Positions 62,056-64,000 of a DNA stretch of 64,000 bases are shown here, in pieces (within the stretch, counting starts at the first letter, position 1; each line of letters starts with the position of its first letter). The notes beneath the pieces were generated by a model, which was not told the origin of the DNA, did not search any database, and saw only the letters and a program-made list of their open reading frames with translations. Source of the DNA: Botryllus schlosseri (taxonomy: Eukaryota); the NCBI GenBank assembly GCA_051294905.1, contig CM119372.1, positions 22,942,001 through 23,006,000 on the forward strand. Reading direction: 5' to 3'. The translations under genes and the position numbers were made by a program.

Positions 62056-62159
62056 CTTGCTCGTATCTAGCATTCGTCTGCCGCCCCCTTCTGTCTCAAT
62101 CAACTTCGCTGCAACAGTCCTGAGGAACGTAGCCGAAGTATATTCTCCAGATGTACATG
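62056..62159 (-). CDS. VWA gene 2 exon (CTSGEYTSATFLRTVAAKLIETEGGGRRMLDTSK)
   Basis: ttcctag acceptor, AAG|gtgcgc donor; paralog of 34214-34320. Confidence 0.83.
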
Positions 62160-62358
62160 CTAGGAAATTTGAATAAAATGGTTTCAAGCCATTCTCTAAT
62201 TTTCCTCATATCAGTGAGGTGCCCAGCCACTTTTGTAAGTGCAAGGGTGTCCAGGAGGGGCCCACCCGTGGCCCGTGAGAAGGTCCTGAGTGTCCCCCGC
62301 GGTAATTTAAGAATTGACTCCTAGTATGCTTTGAAAAAGCTTCTGGGAGGTACAGAAC

Positions 62359-62605
62359 TTCAATATATAATTGAATGGTATATTCATATTGAAATGAACC
62401 CGAATATTTTCGGCCGACACTCGTCAGGGGTAATCGTCAGCAACTAGTAGAGAATCGGAAAGAACATTTTGATACGATTGTTGATATTCAATGCTCTTTC
62501 CAATTTTCTAGTAGTTGCTGACGATTATACCCCTGACGAGTGCCAGTCGAATATATTCGAGTTCATTTCAATATGAATATACTATTCAATTGAAAATATA
62601 TTGAA
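62359..62605. repeat. ~110-bp-armed hairpin derived from a Penelope-like pLTR, with hammerhead-like cores
   Basis: Arms are reverse complements and share tgctgacgatt..ccc.tga..agtg.cag..cgaa...aatatgaatata with 33897-33960. Confidence 0.7.
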
Positions 62606-63908
62606 TAGCGACAATCTTTACCGGAGGTCTCAGAACAACTACACAATTTAATAATGTAATAAATAATAATAATGGACCCTTGCAAAGCTAATTCGCGAAA
62701 TATTGCATGAATAGTTTTAACCGCGTGGCATGGGGACAGTAAATTTTCGAAGGACACCACTTTCATCCGATCTACCAGTTAATGTGATTACCCGTATGCA
62801 ATATATGCTAACACCAATATTATTGACGACTACATTCATTCATTAGCTATATTTTAAACATTTTTGCTAGTAAATAAATGCACACTGATTTTTCATAACA
62901 TAAATATTAGTGATTTTGGTGCGTAATATGCCGATTGGTTAAACAGGTAAGTCTTACACATAGGTATATATTATTTCCCTTCATCTCATCAAAGATTTGC
63001 CCCTTTCAATTTCACTTATGGCTGCGCCCTTGAATATTGTCCGTGTCACTGCGTGACCGGAAAATTTGTTTGAGAAAAAAGGACACCACACTTACGCAAA
63101 TTGCCCTGTCCTAATCAAGACCTCATTGCCACCTGGAAACTAAAGCTATGGTAGCTAAACAATAAATGGCCCGCGTAATCATCCGTGCACGGCATGAGGC
63201 CCCTAACCAAAGCGATTGCACGCCGCTGTGCTAGTGAATGCTGACTAGGCCAATCGTTCTCAACCATTTTTAGCTCACGAGCCAGTAAAATTTCAGAAAA
63301 CATATGGCAGACCGGTGTACCTTCGAAAATCGACATCAACCCAAAATGTGCAAGTATACGAAACCGTTTTTTTTAAGCATGGTACTAGAGAGTGGCATTT
63401 CTAGGGGTTTGTTCGTAATTAATTAATTACATATGCTAATTATGGTACTCATGTAATTTCACGGTAGTGTGTCTCCATAATCGAGGTAAAATTGCCTGGC
63501 CTAAATAAACGAGCTACCACCGAGACTCGATTTCAGTCTTCCGCGCCGAAAATAGTATGAATTAACCGACCTACGCTAACTCGAATATTAAATATTCTAG
63601 TCTTTGACAATATCGAGGGAAGAAGAAGCGTTTCGGAGTCGGACCAAACACCTTGTCGTGCTACCTTGTCCATTTGCCACTACCACCAGACTTACTACGA
63701 ATACAATGCTTCGCACGAAAACACCTGTCAACAGTGACACCCGGCAATCCACAAAATAAATAAACCGAAAATGAATGGTCGTACAAACTTGCAGTTTAGC
63801 TAGTCAGCTCGAATTTGTCGCTCGCAAGTTCTCACCTAAGATGGCTTGAACCTTGAACATCAAGTCAAATCGAACATGTTACCATAGGCCTGATGTAGTG
63901 GTTCTCAA

Positions 63909-64000
63909 TAGGGATGGTGTGAACGTGACGTTCACGTTCGCGTTCTGTGTGTGAACCTCCGAAATTTAGAGGTTCACGTTCACAAACAAACCTTGGTAGG
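63909..64000 (-). mobile_element. MITE family C end, truncated by the window edge
   Basis: tagggatggtgtgaacgtgacgttcacgttcgcgttc matches the family C terminus. Confidence 0.85.

Larger units (their letters stand above)
51895..62159 (-). pseudogene. VWA gene copy 2 span (7 exons found, 5' exons not found in the window); in-frame TAA at 57113-57115
   Basis: Exon-for-exon paralog of copy 1 with intact splice sites; GAA(Glu) in copy 1 is TAA here. Could also be a null allele or a sequencing error. Confidence 0.65.

Noticed and set aside
63100..63800. Possible TSP1-like or leader exons of VWA gene 2
   Set aside because: I found no segment homologous to 34814-34966 or 39358-39430; these exons probably lie beyond the window.

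Overview
AT-rich eukaryotic (metazoan, probably invertebrate) genomic DNA with GT-AG introns and a very heavy, nested transposon load; no prokaryotic or CRISPR features were seen. Genes: (1) the last two coding exons of aspartyl aminopeptidase (DNPEP, M18 family) on +; (2) an intronless, signal-peptide-bearing cyclophilin-B-like ORF whose catalytic residues are largely replaced; (3) two tandem paralogous multi-exon genes on the minus strand, not visible in the ORF track and reconstructed here by hand from splice sites and phases. They encode signal peptide - TSP1-like module - linker with two furin-type sites - Cys-rich VWA domain with a full MIDAS and a CxxC next to the MIDAS Asp. Copy 1 (39430-18941) is open end to end (~420 aa) and has a hydrophobic C-terminal extension. 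Copy 2 (62159-51895, 5' end not found in the window) has an in-frame TAA. The rest is mainly hAT-type MITEs with 8-bp TSDs (nested several deep), tRNA-derived SINEs, Charlie/hAT transposase remnants and a Penelope GIY-YIG remnant with hammerhead-like cores. Oddities: a perfect 66-bp palindrome built from the U6 snRNA 3' end, retro-inserted at the same nucleotide of a MITE TIR as a second poly(A)-tailed element; a hAT MITE carrying a 28S rDNA fragment; and a ~590-bp-armed foldback inside an intron.
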